A stretch of DNA of 64,000 bases from an uncultured Chthoniobacter sp. (lineage in GTDB: Bacteria > Verrucomicrobiota > Verrucomicrobiia > Chthoniobacterales > JACTMZ01): the NCBI GenBank assembly GCA_964609925.1, contig CAZSUJ010000003.1, forward strand, positions 21,043 to 85,042, written 5' to 3'. Below the pieces are notes generated by a model, which worked only from the letters and a program-made list of their open reading frames with translations, did no database searches and was not told where the DNA came from. Position numbers and translations under genes: made by a program. Each line of letters starts with the position of its first letter. Within the stretch, counting starts at the first letter, position 1. Positions 32,933 through 42,548 of the stretch are shown piece by piece.

Positions 32933-35161
32933 ATGCCCCGATTCGCCCAAGTGATCCTCGACCGTTCGACGGGGAAGGTGCTGGATTACGAGGTTCCGGC
33001 CGGATGGGAGCAGCGCGTGGCCGAGGGGTCGCGCGTTCGGGTGCCGCTGCGCAATCGTCAGGTGCTGGCCACCGTGGTCGCGCTGGCGGACACAACCTCC
33101 GCCCGCGGGGTGAGGCCGATCGCCTCGGTGATGGACGAGCGGCCGCAGTTGACGCCGGTGCTCATGCGGCTCGCCTCGTGGATGGCGGAATACTATGCCT
33201 GCGACGAGCAGGATGCCCTGCGATGCATCCTGCCGCGGGCCGTGCGCGAGACCGGCCATGCGCCGCTGCAGCGCAAATTCGCCGCATCGGCGCGAGCGGT
33301 GGGACCGGAGGAGCTCGAAGCGCTGCGCCGGCGCGCGCCGCGGCAGGCGGCGGCGGTCGAGTTCGTGCAGAGTTCCGGCGCACCTGTTGCCGTCGCGGTC
33401 CTCTGCGCGGAAACCGGAGCCGGCGACGCGACGATCAAGACGCTGGCCCGCCGGGGCCTGCTGGAGATCACGACCGAGGCGGTGCGGCGCGCGCCGCGCG
33501 GGGCGGATGAGTTTGTCGCCTCGACTCCCCCGGAGTTGAGCGACGAGCAGCAGCACGCGCTCGATGCGATCCGCCCGGCGCTGCGCGACCCGGCGTCCCA
33601 CCGCCCCATCGTGCTGAAGGGCATCACCGGCAGCGGTAAGACCGAGGTCTATCTGCGCGCCATCGCGGAGGTGCTCGACGCGGGCGGGACGGCGCTCGTG
33701 CTGGTCCCGGAGATTTCCCTCACCCCGCAGACGGTCGAGAGGTTCGCCTCGCGCTTCACGCCGCTCGGGGTCGAGGTCGCCGTCCTGCACAGCCACCTGA
33801 GCGAGGGCGAACGCCATGATGAGTGGCACCGTGTCCGCGACGGCAAGGCGCGCATCGTCATCGGCGCGCGGGGCGCGGTCTTCGCGCCGCTGACGAAACT
33901 CGGGCTCATCGTCGTGGACGAGGAGCACGACACTTCCTACAAGCAGGACGAGGCCCCGCGCTACCATGCGCGCGACCTCGCGGTGGTGCGGGGCAAGATG
34001 GAGCCCTGCGCCGTCTTGCTCGGATCGGCCACCCCGTCGCTCGAGAGCTTCGAGAACTGCCGCTCGGGCAAATACGATCTCTTGGAACTCAACCACCGCC
34101 ACGATGGCTGCACCCTCCCCGTGTTCCGCGTGGTGGACATGCGTTTGCGGAGCCGCGACGGCGAGCACAACAACCAGTTCCTCTCACCCAAGCTGTGCGG
34201 AGCCATCGAGGCGAGGCTGGCTGCATCCCAGCAGACCATTCTTTTCCTGAACCGCCGCGGCTTCTTCACCGTCCTCGCGTGCAAGGCCTGCGGCAAGGTC
34301 GTGCAGTGCCCGCACTGCAGCGTCTCCCTCGCCCTGCACCGCGCGGAGGACGCCGCGCGTTGTCACCTCTGCGGCTACACGCAGCCGCCGCCGCGCCGGT
34401 GCCCGGAGTGCAAGGATCCGCAGATCGCGTTCAGCGGCGTGGGCACCGAGAAGGTCGAGGCCGCGGTCCGGGCTGTCTTTCCCAAGGCGCGGGTGGCGCG
34501 GATGGATTCCGACACCATGACGCGCAAGAACGCCTACCACGAGACGCTCGGTGCGTTCCGCTCGCGCAAAATCGACATCCTCGTGGGCACGCAGATGATC
34601 GCCAAGGGCCTGCATTTCCCCGGCGTGACCCTCGTCGGCATCATCAGCGCCGACTCCGCACTTCACCTGCCGGATTTCCGTGCAGCAGAACGCACCTTCC
34701 AACTCCTCGTTCAGGTGGCCGGACGTGCGGGGCGCGGTGACGCGGCCGGCGAGGTGATCGTGCAGACGTTCACTCCGTTCCATCCGTCGCTCCAGTTCGC
34801 CAAGGCGCATGATTTCGACGGGTTCGCCGGGCAGGAACTCGAGATGAGGAAGAGCTTTGGCCAGCCGCCGTTCTCGCACCTTGTGCTGCTGACTGTCCGC
34901 GCGGATACCGAGCAGAAAGCCGAGTTCACGGCACGGACTCTCGCGCAAGCGCTGACCGCCGCCGTGCCGCCATCCATCATGATCAGCCCGTCCGCGCCGG
35001 CCCCGCTGGCCCGCGTTCGCGGCATGTATCGCCATCAAGTCGTCGCCCGCGGCTCCCGCGTTCGTGTCCTGACCGCCGCTGTGAGATCGGTCTTGGCCGC
35101 GATCAAACTACCCAAGGATACGCACATCGCGGTGGACGTGGATCCGGTGGCTTTGCTCTGA
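32933..35161 (+). CDS. priA: Primosomal protein N' (replication restart helicase)
   Basis: GITGSGKTE, VPEISLTPQ, DEEHD, four CxxC, GTQMIAKG, QVAGRAGR, VDVDP. Confidence 0.97.
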   Translation: MPRFAQVILDRSTGKVLDYEVPAGWEQRVAEGSRVRVPLRNRQVLATVVALADTTSARGVRPIASVMDERPQLTPVLMRLASWMAEYYACDEQDALRCILPRAVRETGHAPLQRKFAASARAVGPEELEALRRRAPRQAAAVEFVQSSGAPVAVAVLCAETGAGDATIKTLARRGLLEITTEAVRRAPRGADEFVASTPPELSDEQQHALDAIRPALRDPASHRPIVLKGITGSGKTEVYLRAIAEVLDAGGTALVLVPEISLTPQTVERFASRFTPLGVEVAVLHSHLSEGERHDEWHRVRDGKARIVIGARGAVFAPLTKLGLIVVDEEHDTSYKQDEAPRYHARDLAVVRGKMEPCAVLLGSATPSLESFENCRSGKYDLLELNHRHDGCTLPVFRVVDMRLRSRDGEHNNQFLSPKLCGAIEARLAASQQTILFLNRRGFFTVLACKACGKVVQCPHCSVSLALHRAEDAARCHLCGYTQPPPRRCPECKDPQIAFSGVGTEKVEAAVRAVFPKARVARMDSDTMTRKNAYHETLGAFRSRKIDILVGTQMIAKGLHFPGVTLVGIISADSALHLPDFRAAERTFQLLVQVAGRAGRGDAAGEVIVQTFTPFHPSLQFAKAHDFDGFAGQELEMRKSFGQPPFSHLVLLTVRADTEQKAEFTARTLAQALTAAVPPSIMISPSAPAPLARVRGMYRHQVVARGSRVRVLTAAVRSVLAAIKLPKDTHIAVDVDPVALL

Positions 35162-35185
35162 CGCGTCGGTTGATCCAGCTCCGGG

Positions 35186-35551
35186 TCAAATCGCCTTCCG
35201 CAACACGAGCGGCGGGGCGTGCAGGACGATGAGGACGATTGCGGCAGCGGCGAGGTAGTCGCGGGCCGGGCCGCCGAGGATGACGGCGATCAGGCCTGTT
35301 GATTCGGAAAGTGCGAGACCGACGATGAACAGGACGAAGCGTTTCTGGTTTTCCTGCGCGGCGGGCAGAATCGCGAAGCGGACGACCGCCGCCGCTGCCA
35401 GCGGTGCGGCCGCAACAAGGCCAAGCATTCCGTCCGTGGTGACAGGAGTGACCGCCTGGACGAAGATCGTGCAGGTGACGAGGAATGCGCCGAGGATGGC
35501 AATCCAGATGAGCCACCAAACCGGGGCGGGAGGTTTGCTTTCCATGGTCAA
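35186..35551 (-). CDS. Hypothetical small membrane protein (about 4 TM)
   Basis: Four hydrophobic segments; start overlaps the stop of the upstream menC-like gene. Confidence 0.7.
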   Translation of the reverse strand: MTMESKPPAPVWWLIWIAILGAFLVTCTIFVQAVTPVTTDGMLGLVAAAPLAAAAVVRFAILPAAQENQKRFVLFIVGLALSESTGLIAVILGGPARDYLAAAAIVLIVLHAPPLVLRKAI

Positions 35552-36498
35552 AGGCTCTGCCAGCGGGTGGCGGCGAGCAAGTCGTCAAAACCGAACCCGG
35601 TCCCGCCGGGGCCTGGTGCGAGCGGCCAGCGCGCGGGCGGTGCGAGGTCGGTGCTGCCGAGTCCGCCCTCAAGCACGGCGTCGCCGTGGCGCTGCCGCAG
35701 GCGCATGGCCGTCCACATCGCGATGGCACGCCCGAGCGGATGGTCGAGCGAATGCGTGACGACGACCTTGAGTCCCGCAGCGGCGGCGGCATGGGCAAGC
35801 GGGAAGACTTCCTGCGCGGACGGCTTGAGCACGAGGACCGATGTGCCGGGCCAGGGCGGGGGCAACTCGGGCAGTTGCCAGTCGAGGGCGAATGCCAGGC
35901 CGGTCTCTTCGGCAAGGTCCGCCCAAGAATCCGCATCGTAGGGGCACGGATCCTCGACGAACTCGATGGCCTGGCGCACATCGTCGTTGAGGAGGCCGAT
36001 CCATTCACGGAAATCGCGCAGAGTGAAGAGTGCGTTCGCGTCGAGTCGCCAGCGCAAGGCGATCCCGGAGAGTTCATTCAGGGCGGCAGCCTCGGCGACG
36101 GGGTCGCGTCCAATCTTGAGCTTCGCCGCACGGAAACCCTCGGCCGAGCACGCCTCGAATGCGGCGCGAGGTGCGCAGGTCCAATCCGTGAAGAGCGCGT
36201 GGCTGCCCACCACGGGGAGACCCGCGAAGAGCGACAACCCGGCGCGTCGCGCCGCGGCGTCGGTGCGTGCGTGGCGGAGGGCGATCACGCCCTGGGGTGT
36301 CGGCGCGTCCGAGGCGATTGCCGCCAACTGACGTTCGAGCGGTTCCTGCCCGAACTCCGGCCACGGGTGAAGGTCCGCGTGACCGATGCTTGCGTCATCG
36401 AACTCGACACGCAGCAGGCTGCCCTGACGCGGCGCCGTCAGCGCCTGCCACGGGACCGGGCCGGGCTCGAGCGTGTAGCGGTGGTGAAGAATCTTCAC
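35548..36498 (-). CDS. menC: o-succinylbenzoate synthase-like enolase-superfamily protein
   Basis: KLK, RLDAN, EDP, ALD, VLKP motifs; coupled to menA. Confidence 0.7.
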   Translation of the reverse strand: MKILHHRYTLEPGPVPWQALTAPRQGSLLRVEFDDASIGHADLHPWPEFGQEPLERQLAAIASDAPTPQGVIALRHARTDAAARRAGLSLFAGLPVVGSHALFTDWTCAPRAAFEACSAEGFRAAKLKIGRDPVAEAAALNELSGIALRWRLDANALFTLRDFREWIGLLNDDVRQAIEFVEDPCPYDADSWADLAEETGLAFALDWQLPELPPPWPGTSVLVLKPSAQEVFPLAHAAAAAGLKVVVTHSLDHPLGRAIAMWTAMRLRQRHGDAVLEGGLGSTDLAPPARWPLAPGPGGTGFGFDDLLAATRWQSL

Positions 36499-37364
36499 GG
36501 CACGAGCAACGCGGCGGCGAGCACGAGACCGAATGCTGCATGCAGCGCGGCGGCCCCGGCGAGGAGTTCATTTGCCGCGCGGTCGGGTTGCGCGGCGAGA
36601 CATGCGCGGGCCAGCCACCATGCGAGAGGGAGAGTGACGCACGGCAGCACAAAGGCCCAAGTCCATCCGAGGGCGAGCCATCCGGCGCCGAGCACGAACG
36701 GGGCCAGCACGAGCACGGCGTTCTCGCGCCGGGCGAAGCACAAGCCGAAGCGCGCGGCCAGGGTGTGCTTGCCCGCGGCGCGGTCGGTTTCGAGGTCTCG
36801 GAGGTTGTTGACCGCGAGGAGGACGCTGGCATGCAGGCCGATCTGCAACCCGGCGAGGAACGGCGCGACCGACCACGAGAGTGTGTTGACGAAATACGTT
36901 CCTGCCACCGCGATGACCCCGAAGAACAGGATGACAAAGATCTCCCCGAGTCCGCGGTAAGCCAGCGGGAACGGCCCGCCGGTGTAGAGCCACGCACAGA
37001 GCAGCGAGGCGAGGCCGATGATGACAATCACAACACCGCCGCGTGCGACCAACGGGAGCGCGAGCAGCGCGGCCGCGACGAGGCAGACCCACGCTCCGGC
37101 CATCACGCGGGAGCCGGGCAGGAGTCCGGCTGCGGTGACCCGCAGCGGTCCGAGCCGGGCGGCCGTATCCGCCCCGCGGGCATGGTCGATCGCGTCGTTG
37201 AAGAAATTCGTCGCCACTTGGATTAGGATCGCACAGGAGAGCGCGAGCACAGTCATCGCCGCATCGAATCCCCCGGACGACGCGGCCAGCGATGCTCCCA
37301 CTGCGACCGGCACGACGGCAGCCCCGAGCGTGCGGGGACGGGCTGCGAGAATCCACGGGCTCAT
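36495..37364 (-). CDS. menA: 1,4-dihydroxy-2-naphthoate octaprenyltransferase
   Basis: WILAARPRTL, NFFND..D...GAD, YTGGP, NNLRD..TD...GKHTL. Confidence 0.93.
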   Translation of the reverse strand: MSPWILAARPRTLGAAVVPVAVGASLAASSGGFDAAMTVLALSCAILIQVATNFFNDAIDHARGADTAARLGPLRVTAAGLLPGSRVMAGAWVCLVAAALLALPLVARGGVVIVIIGLASLLCAWLYTGGPFPLAYRGLGEIFVILFFGVIAVAGTYFVNTLSWSVAPFLAGLQIGLHASVLLAVNNLRDLETDRAAGKHTLAARFGLCFARRENAVLVLAPFVLGAGWLALGWTWAFVLPCVTLPLAWWLARACLAAQPDRAANELLAGAAALHAAFGLVLAAALLVP

Positions 37365-37459
37365 CCGGGCGTCATGGCACGCGGCCGGCGGGGGCAGGTC
37401 AATCTTTTGCCGCGGATCGTGGTTGACCGTCGCCCTTTGCGGACGCACACAGAAAGGCG

Positions 37460-38308
37460 ATGGCAAGGTGCTGGTCCCTACTGCTCGTCCTACTGCTGGG
37501 CGCCTCGGCGGCGCAGGCCGGCGACCGCATCGAGAGTTTTCGCGTCGAGTCGGCCGATCCCGGCATTCCGGGGCGTGAGGTCCGTGTCTGGCTGCCGCCT
37601 GGATACGACGAGGGCGATAAGCGCTATCCGGTGGTCTATTTCCACGACGGTCAGAACGTGTTCCGGCCGGGCGGTCCGTTCGGATGCTGGTTCGCCGAGG
37701 ATGCGGCGCGCGAGGATATCGCGGCGGGGCGGATGCGCGCCGCGATCGTGGTGGCGATCCCCAACAACGAGGCGGACAGGGGCCTTGCGCGGGTCACGGA
37801 ATACCAGCCGCCGGGCGACGTGAACCCGCGCGACCCGTCGCGCGGCGAGGGGATCTGCGATCGTTACGGAGCATTCCTGCTCGAAAGGGTGAAGCCTTTG
37901 ATCGATGAGAAATTCCGCACGCTGCCGGACCCTGCAAACACGGTCGTGGCGGGTTCGTCGATGGGCGGCTTGGTTTCGCTTTGGCTGGGATTGAACACGG
38001 ATGCCTTCGGCGCCGTCGGAGTTTTCTCACCGGCGTTCTGGACCAGCCCGAACTTCACGCAGTCGGTCATCGGTGGTGCGCGCAAGCCCGGCTTGCGGAT
38101 CTACATGGACATGGGCACGAACGAGCGCGGCAACACGAGCGGCGACTATTGGCAGGATGCGCTCACGGTTCGTGATGCGTGGGTGCGGCAGGGCTACACG
38201 GAGGGCGCGGACTTTTTCTGGAACCCCGGCGAGGGAGACGAGCACAACGAGAAGGCTTGGGCGAAGAGGCTGCCGGCGGCTTTGCGTTTCCTTTTGCCGC
38301 CACCCTAG
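37460..38308 (+). CDS. Exported alpha/beta-hydrolase (putative esterase family)
   Basis: Signal peptide, VWLPPGY, YFHDGQN, GSSMGG nucleophile, HNEKAW. Confidence 0.88.
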   Translation: MARCWSLLLVLLLGASAAQAGDRIESFRVESADPGIPGREVRVWLPPGYDEGDKRYPVVYFHDGQNVFRPGGPFGCWFAEDAAREDIAAGRMRAAIVVAIPNNEADRGLARVTEYQPPGDVNPRDPSRGEGICDRYGAFLLERVKPLIDEKFRTLPDPANTVVAGSSMGGLVSLWLGLNTDAFGAVGVFSPAFWTSPNFTQSVIGGARKPGLRIYMDMGTNERGNTSGDYWQDALTVRDAWVRQGYTEGADFFWNPGEGDEHNEKAWAKRLPAALRFLLPPP

Positions 38309-39303
38309 ATTCCGAGGGCTGCGGCGATCGTGTTGGGCGAGTTTCCCTCGAGGCGGTTGTTCACGAAAACGTAGGAAGGGCGCGCGGTCGGGGCGGCCTT
38401 CGCGCGGGCGATGAGTCGGCGAAGATCCTCCCGCGCCTCGGGACACGGCTCACGGGTTTCGCGGTAAGGAGAAAAGCTTTCCACGGCCTCGCGGTAGTCG
38501 CGTCCGGGACGCAGGAGAAATCGCGCCGCGAAGAAATCTGCTGTGAAGGCGCCGGGCAGGGCGGCTTGGGCGCCGACCGACGGCATGCGCGTCCAGCTGT
38601 TGAAAACATGCGCCACGCCGTGCGCCGCCAGAGCAGCAAAGTAGTCGGGGTGAAGCAGGGCGGCATTGCGGATCTCCACGCCGAATTGCCAGCCGGTCGG
38701 TAGCGAGGCGAGGAAGCGTTCCAGGGCGGCGACGAAGTCGCGCCCGCGGGCGAAGTGCGAGGGGTGGAAAGTGGAGAACTCGAAGATGAGGACGCCGATC
38801 TTCGCGGCGTGCGCCTCGAGCGGGGCCAGGAACGCGTCGGCGAAGAGCCCGGCATCAAGGAATCGCGGGTTGTCCTGCCCGGCGCGCTCGCCGAAACGCG
38901 GCAGGCGCGGGAACCTCTTCACGGTGATTTCGTCCGTCACCTTGAAGGACAGCCGGAAGCCGGGCGGCACTTGCGCGGCGAGTCCGGCCACAAAATCGTC
39001 GGACGGGAACCGATAGTAGCCGGCGTCCACGCACACCGTGGGGAAGACCGCTGCGTATTCGGCGAGGCAGGCGGTCTCGAAGCGTTTGCGCGAGAAACGG
39101 CCGCGGGTCAGGTAGTTGTCTTCGTCGTAGAGTTGCCCGAGCCAGCCCTCGTATTTCCAGGACGAGGTGCCGAGGGCGAGCCGGTGGTCACGCGCGAGCG
39201 CGCCAGTCGCGGCGGCCACTGCTGACCGCGGGAACGTCGATGGCTCAGGGAGGAGAGTTGGGGGCGCGATGCCTTGAAGGCTTCCGCCTTCCTCAGCGCT
39301 CAT
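38305..39303 (-). CDS. DUF72 domain protein
   Basis: LGTSSWKYEGW, EYAAVFPTV, FKV...IT, VEIRN, YVFVNN; start uncertain. Confidence 0.88.
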   Translation of the reverse strand: MSAEEGGSLQGIAPPTLLPEPSTFPRSAVAAATGALARDHRLALGTSSWKYEGWLGQLYDEDNYLTRGRFSRKRFETACLAEYAAVFPTVCVDAGYYRFPSDDFVAGLAAQVPPGFRLSFKVTDEITVKRFPRLPRFGERAGQDNPRFLDAGLFADAFLAPLEAHAAKIGVLIFEFSTFHPSHFARGRDFVAALERFLASLPTGWQFGVEIRNAALLHPDYFAALAAHGVAHVFNSWTRMPSVGAQAALPGAFTADFFAARFLLRPGRDYREAVESFSPYRETREPCPEAREDLRRLIARAKAAPTARPSYVFVNNRLEGNSPNTIAAALGI

Positions 39304-39321
39304 CCGGCATCTCCCGGCGGC

Positions 39322-39651
39322 CTACATCAGGCCCTTGAGCCGGCTGAGAAGATCGGCTTCGCCTTGCAGGCCGACGACTTGCTCGCGGACCTCGCCGTTC
39401 TTGAAGAAGAGCAAGGTCGGGATCGAGGAGACACGGAAACGACTTGCCACGCCGGGGGCCTCGTCCACGTTGACCTTGGCCACGACAGCCTGGCCGACGG
39501 TGGCGTCCGCGATCTTGTCGATGATCGGCGCGATCATGCGGCACGGGCCGCACCACGGGGCCCAGAAGTCAACGAGCACGGGGGTGCCTCCCTTGTTGAT
39601 TTCGGCGTCGAAGTTGCTGTCGGTTAGTTGGAGGACGTTGGCGCTGGCCAT
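39322..39651 (-). CDS. trxA: Thioredoxin
   Basis: [16 protein letters not shown]. Confidence 0.97.
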   Translation of the reverse strand: MASANVLQLTDSNFDAEINKGGTPVLVDFWAPWCGPCRMIAPIIDKIADATVGQAVVAKVNVDEAPGVASRFRVSSIPTLLFFKNGEVREQVVGLQGEADLLSRLKGLM

Positions 39652-39681
39652 GATGTTGTGGTGGATCGTTTCGCGGTTGGT

Positions 39682-40584
39682 TCAGGTGGCAAGGAAGATC
39701 CAAAGCTGGACACCGAGCGATGCGAGGGCAACGACGGTGGCGGCGATGGCGAGGAGGTCGAGGGACTTGTCCGGCGCGGCTTCCGCGCTGGTGACCTCGG
39801 CGGAGGGCTTCGCGGTGGTGATGGCCGGGCCGGGCTTTGCGGCTTCCTTTTCAGGGCCGATCTTGACCGTGGCTTGCGGCGCGGGGCGCGTGGGGGCCGG
39901 AGCCACCACCTTGGATGTGCTTTTCTTCGGATCCGCAGCTGCGGCGGGGGCAGCGACCGGCGGTGCAGCCGGCTTCATCGCCGGCGGCGCGGCGGTGGCC
40001 GGCTTGGGCACGGCGGCGGGAGCCGGCGTTGGCGCGCCTGCAGCGGCCGGAGCCGTCACCGGCGCGGCCGGCTTCGGCGGAGCGCCGGGAACCGGGACTC
40101 CCGGTGCGGGCATTGGAGGCTTGGGTGCGGCAGGCACGGCACCGGCGGGAGCCGGGGGCTTCGGGATGCCGGGTGCGGACGGCGCAGAGGGTGCAGCGGG
40201 CACGGCCGGCTTGGGTGCCATTCCAGGCGGGGCGACTGGAGGTTTCGGCACCGCGGCGGCCGGCGGCGCGGGCATGGGAGGACGGGGCGCTGCGGGCATT
40301 GGCACGCCGGGAGCGGCGGGGGGCTTGGGAACCGCCGGCATCGCGGCAGCAGGCATGGCGGGCGCCGGTGCAGCGGGCATGGCCGGTGCCGGAGGCGGCA
40401 CGAGACCACCCGGGGCCGGGGGCATCGGCGGCGCCGGCATGCTGGGCGGCGCGCCGGCCACGGTCGGAAGGGGCTTGGGCGGAAGATTGATCATGGCCGC
40501 CTCGCGCGGGTTCGCGGCACCGGGTTTGCCGTCACGACGGGGAGGGAGGACGATGCGGACGGTTTCTTTCTTTGGCTCGTTCAT
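39682..40584 (-). CDS. Pro/Ala-rich low-complexity protein with C-terminal membrane anchor
   Basis: ATG 40584 gives [15 protein letters not shown], then about 200 aa of P/A/K/M/G repeats and a terminal hydrophobic helix; TACATT 9 nt upstream. Confidence 0.75.
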   Translation of the reverse strand: MNEPKKETVRIVLPPRRDGKPGAANPREAAMINLPPKPLPTVAGAPPSMPAPPMPPAPGGLVPPPAPAMPAAPAPAMPAAAMPAVPKPPAAPGVPMPAAPRPPMPAPPAAAVPKPPVAPPGMAPKPAVPAAPSAPSAPGIPKPPAPAGAVPAAPKPPMPAPGVPVPGAPPKPAAPVTAPAAAGAPTPAPAAVPKPATAAPPAMKPAAPPVAAPAAAADPKKSTSKVVAPAPTRPAPQATVKIGPEKEAAKPGPAITTAKPSAEVTSAEAAPDKSLDLLAIAATVVALASLGVQLWIFLAT

Positions 40585-40719
40585 GTTCGGAGGAATGTAG
40601 TCTGCGTGCGGAGTGCCAACGGGGCACCCGGAAGCGACGGAGAGGATTATCAGCGCGGCAGATGCTGTCAAACGTTTCGGAGCACGCGACGGCTCGGCGG
40701 AGCGTATCCAAAAAAGCTC

Positions 40720-40747
40720 TTGCTTCCAGCGACCCGCGGGTTATTCT
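40720..40747 (+). promoter_or_regulatory. Putative sigma70 promoter of rpsN
   Basis: TTGCTT-N16-TATTCT, preceded by an A-tract. Confidence 0.5.
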
Positions 40748-40767
40748 GCTCGGCCAATTTCTCGAAC

Positions 40768-41037
40768 ATGGCCAAGACCTCATGGAAAGAGCGCGAAAAG
40801 CGCAAACGCAAGACGGTGGACAAATACGCCGAGCTGCGCGCGGAGCTGAAAAAGAAGGGCGACTACCTCGCGCTTTCGCAGCTTCCCCGCAACGCCAGCC
40901 CGGTGCGTCTGTCCAACCGCTGCCGTGTGTCGGGCCGCAAACGCGCCTTCCTGCGCGAGTTCCAGATGTCCCGCCTCACCTTCCGCGAACTCGCTTGCGC
41001 CGGACTCATTCCGGGGGTCACCAAGGCAAGCTGGTAG
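40768..41037 (+). CDS. rpsN: 30S ribosomal protein S14 (89-aa, Zn-independent type)
   Basis: MAKTSW...[19 protein letters not shown]...SRLTFRE...IPGVTKASW; hidden at the end of ORF 39628-41037. Confidence 0.96.
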   Translation: MAKTSWKEREKRKRKTVDKYAELRAELKKKGDYLALSQLPRNASPVRLSNRCRVSGRKRAFLREFQMSRLTFRELACAGLIPGVTKASW

Positions 41038-41129
41038 CCGTTTTCCGCGCGGCTCCTGCACCGGGCCGCAGCTTCACCACGCGCGCCGGGTCCTGAGCCG
41101 GCGACCCCGGCATTCGCCGCGGGCCCATC

Positions 41130-42521
41130 ATGGATTCATTCATTTCCATCATTCCTCCCGCAGCTTCCGGGACAGCCGTGCCTTCAGCAGTGGATGCCGA
41201 CACGATGGCGTTCCAGTTGCTCGCCGTTGTCCTCCTTGTGCTCCTCAACGGCTTCTTCGTCGCGTTCGAATTCGCCGTGGTCAAGGTCCGCTCGGCCCAG
41301 CTCGAGCCCAAGGAAGGCGAGCCCGGACGCCGCACCAAGCTCGCCCGCACCATCCTCGGCAACATGGAGTCCTATCTCTCCGCGGCCCAACTCGGTATCA
41401 CCATGACGAGCCTCGGCCTCGGCTGGGCGGGCGAACCGTTCGTCGCGCGGATGCTCGGGCCGGTTTTCCATTCGCTCGGCCTGCAGCGGCCGGAGGTTAT
41501 CTCAGCGCTCTCCTTCACCGCGGCGTTCGGACTGATCACCTTCCTGCACATCGTGGCCGGCGAGCAGGCGCCGAAGATCCTCGCCATCCGCCGCGCGCGC
41601 AGGATCCTGCTTCTCTGCGCGGGGCCCATGTGGTTTTTCCACCTCGTCTTCCGTCCGTTCATCCACGTCATCAACGTCTCGTCCGACTGGCTCCTGCGTC
41701 GCGTTCTGCGCGTCGGCCCGAGCGCGGGCCACGAGACGGTCCACACGGCTGACGAACTCCGTTCGATGATCGAGCAGGGACTCGACGGCGAGGGGACGCC
41801 GGTGAGCCAACTGGGGCGCGAGATCCTCATCAACGCTCTCGACATGCGCAAACGCGTCGTGCGCGACATCATGACTCCGCGCGGCGAGGTCGTGTTCCTG
41901 GATGTGGACGACGACTTCGCGCAGAACCTCCGCGTGGCGCAGGAGTCCGGTCACACCCGTTTCCCGCTTTGCCGCGGCCACCTCGACGATGCGATCGGCT
42001 TGATCCACATCAAGGACCTCCTGCCCCTGCTGCGCGGCGGTCTCGGCGATCTCGCGGCGATCAAGCGCGAACTCGTCCAGGTGCCCGAGATGATGCCGCT
42101 CGAGCGCCTCCTGAAGTTCCTCCTCGGCAAGCGCGCGCACCTCGCGCTCGTGCTCGACGAATACGGGGGGGCGGTCGGCGTCGTGACCCTCGACAACGTC
42201 ATGGCCGAACTGGTGGGTGACATCCAGGACGAGTTCGACACCGCGGACACCGACTGCCGCAAGCTGAGCGAAGGGGAATACCTGCTCGACGGCGCGGCCG
42301 CCCTGCACGACCTCGACGACCTCATCGGCCTGCGCCTCGAAAGCACCGACGTCAGCACGATCGGCGGCTACCTCACGCACCACCTGGGCCACCTCCCGAA
42401 GAAGGGCGAGGCCGTGCAGTGCGGTGGCTTCGACCTGACGGTGCACCAGACCGACGGGCGCCGCGTGCTCGCCGTCCACGCCAAGCGGAACGAGACGGCT
42501 GGTGCAGGCGCGGCCGGCTAG
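41130..42521 (+). CDS. Hemolysin-family CNNM/CBS/CorC membrane protein
   Basis: LNGFFVAFEFA, QLGIT, GEQAPK, IMTPR, HTRFP, DEYGG, VGDIQDEFD; start may be later (MAFQLL). Confidence 0.92.
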   Translation: MDSFISIIPPAASGTAVPSAVDADTMAFQLLAVVLLVLLNGFFVAFEFAVVKVRSAQLEPKEGEPGRRTKLARTILGNMESYLSAAQLGITMTSLGLGWAGEPFVARMLGPVFHSLGLQRPEVISALSFTAAFGLITFLHIVAGEQAPKILAIRRARRILLLCAGPMWFFHLVFRPFIHVINVSSDWLLRRVLRVGPSAGHETVHTADELRSMIEQGLDGEGTPVSQLGREILINALDMRKRVVRDIMTPRGEVVFLDVDDDFAQNLRVAQESGHTRFPLCRGHLDDAIGLIHIKDLLPLLRGGLGDLAAIKRELVQVPEMMPLERLLKFLLGKRAHLALVLDEYGGAVGVVTLDNVMAELVGDIQDEFDTADTDCRKLSEGEYLLDGAAALHDLDDLIGLRLESTDVSTIGGYLTHHLGHLPKKGEAVQCGGFDLTVHQTDGRRVLAVHAKRNETAGAGAAG

Positions 42522-42548
42522 AACGCCCTTGCGGGAGCGCGTGCGGCA

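Noticed and set aside
39335-40600. Gly/Ala-rich 421-aa ORF resembling a collagen-like or PE-PGRS protein
   Set aside because: It is the antisense mirror of the Pro/Ala-rich gene and overlaps trxA. The minus-strand frame has a sensible start, motifs and a TM anchor.
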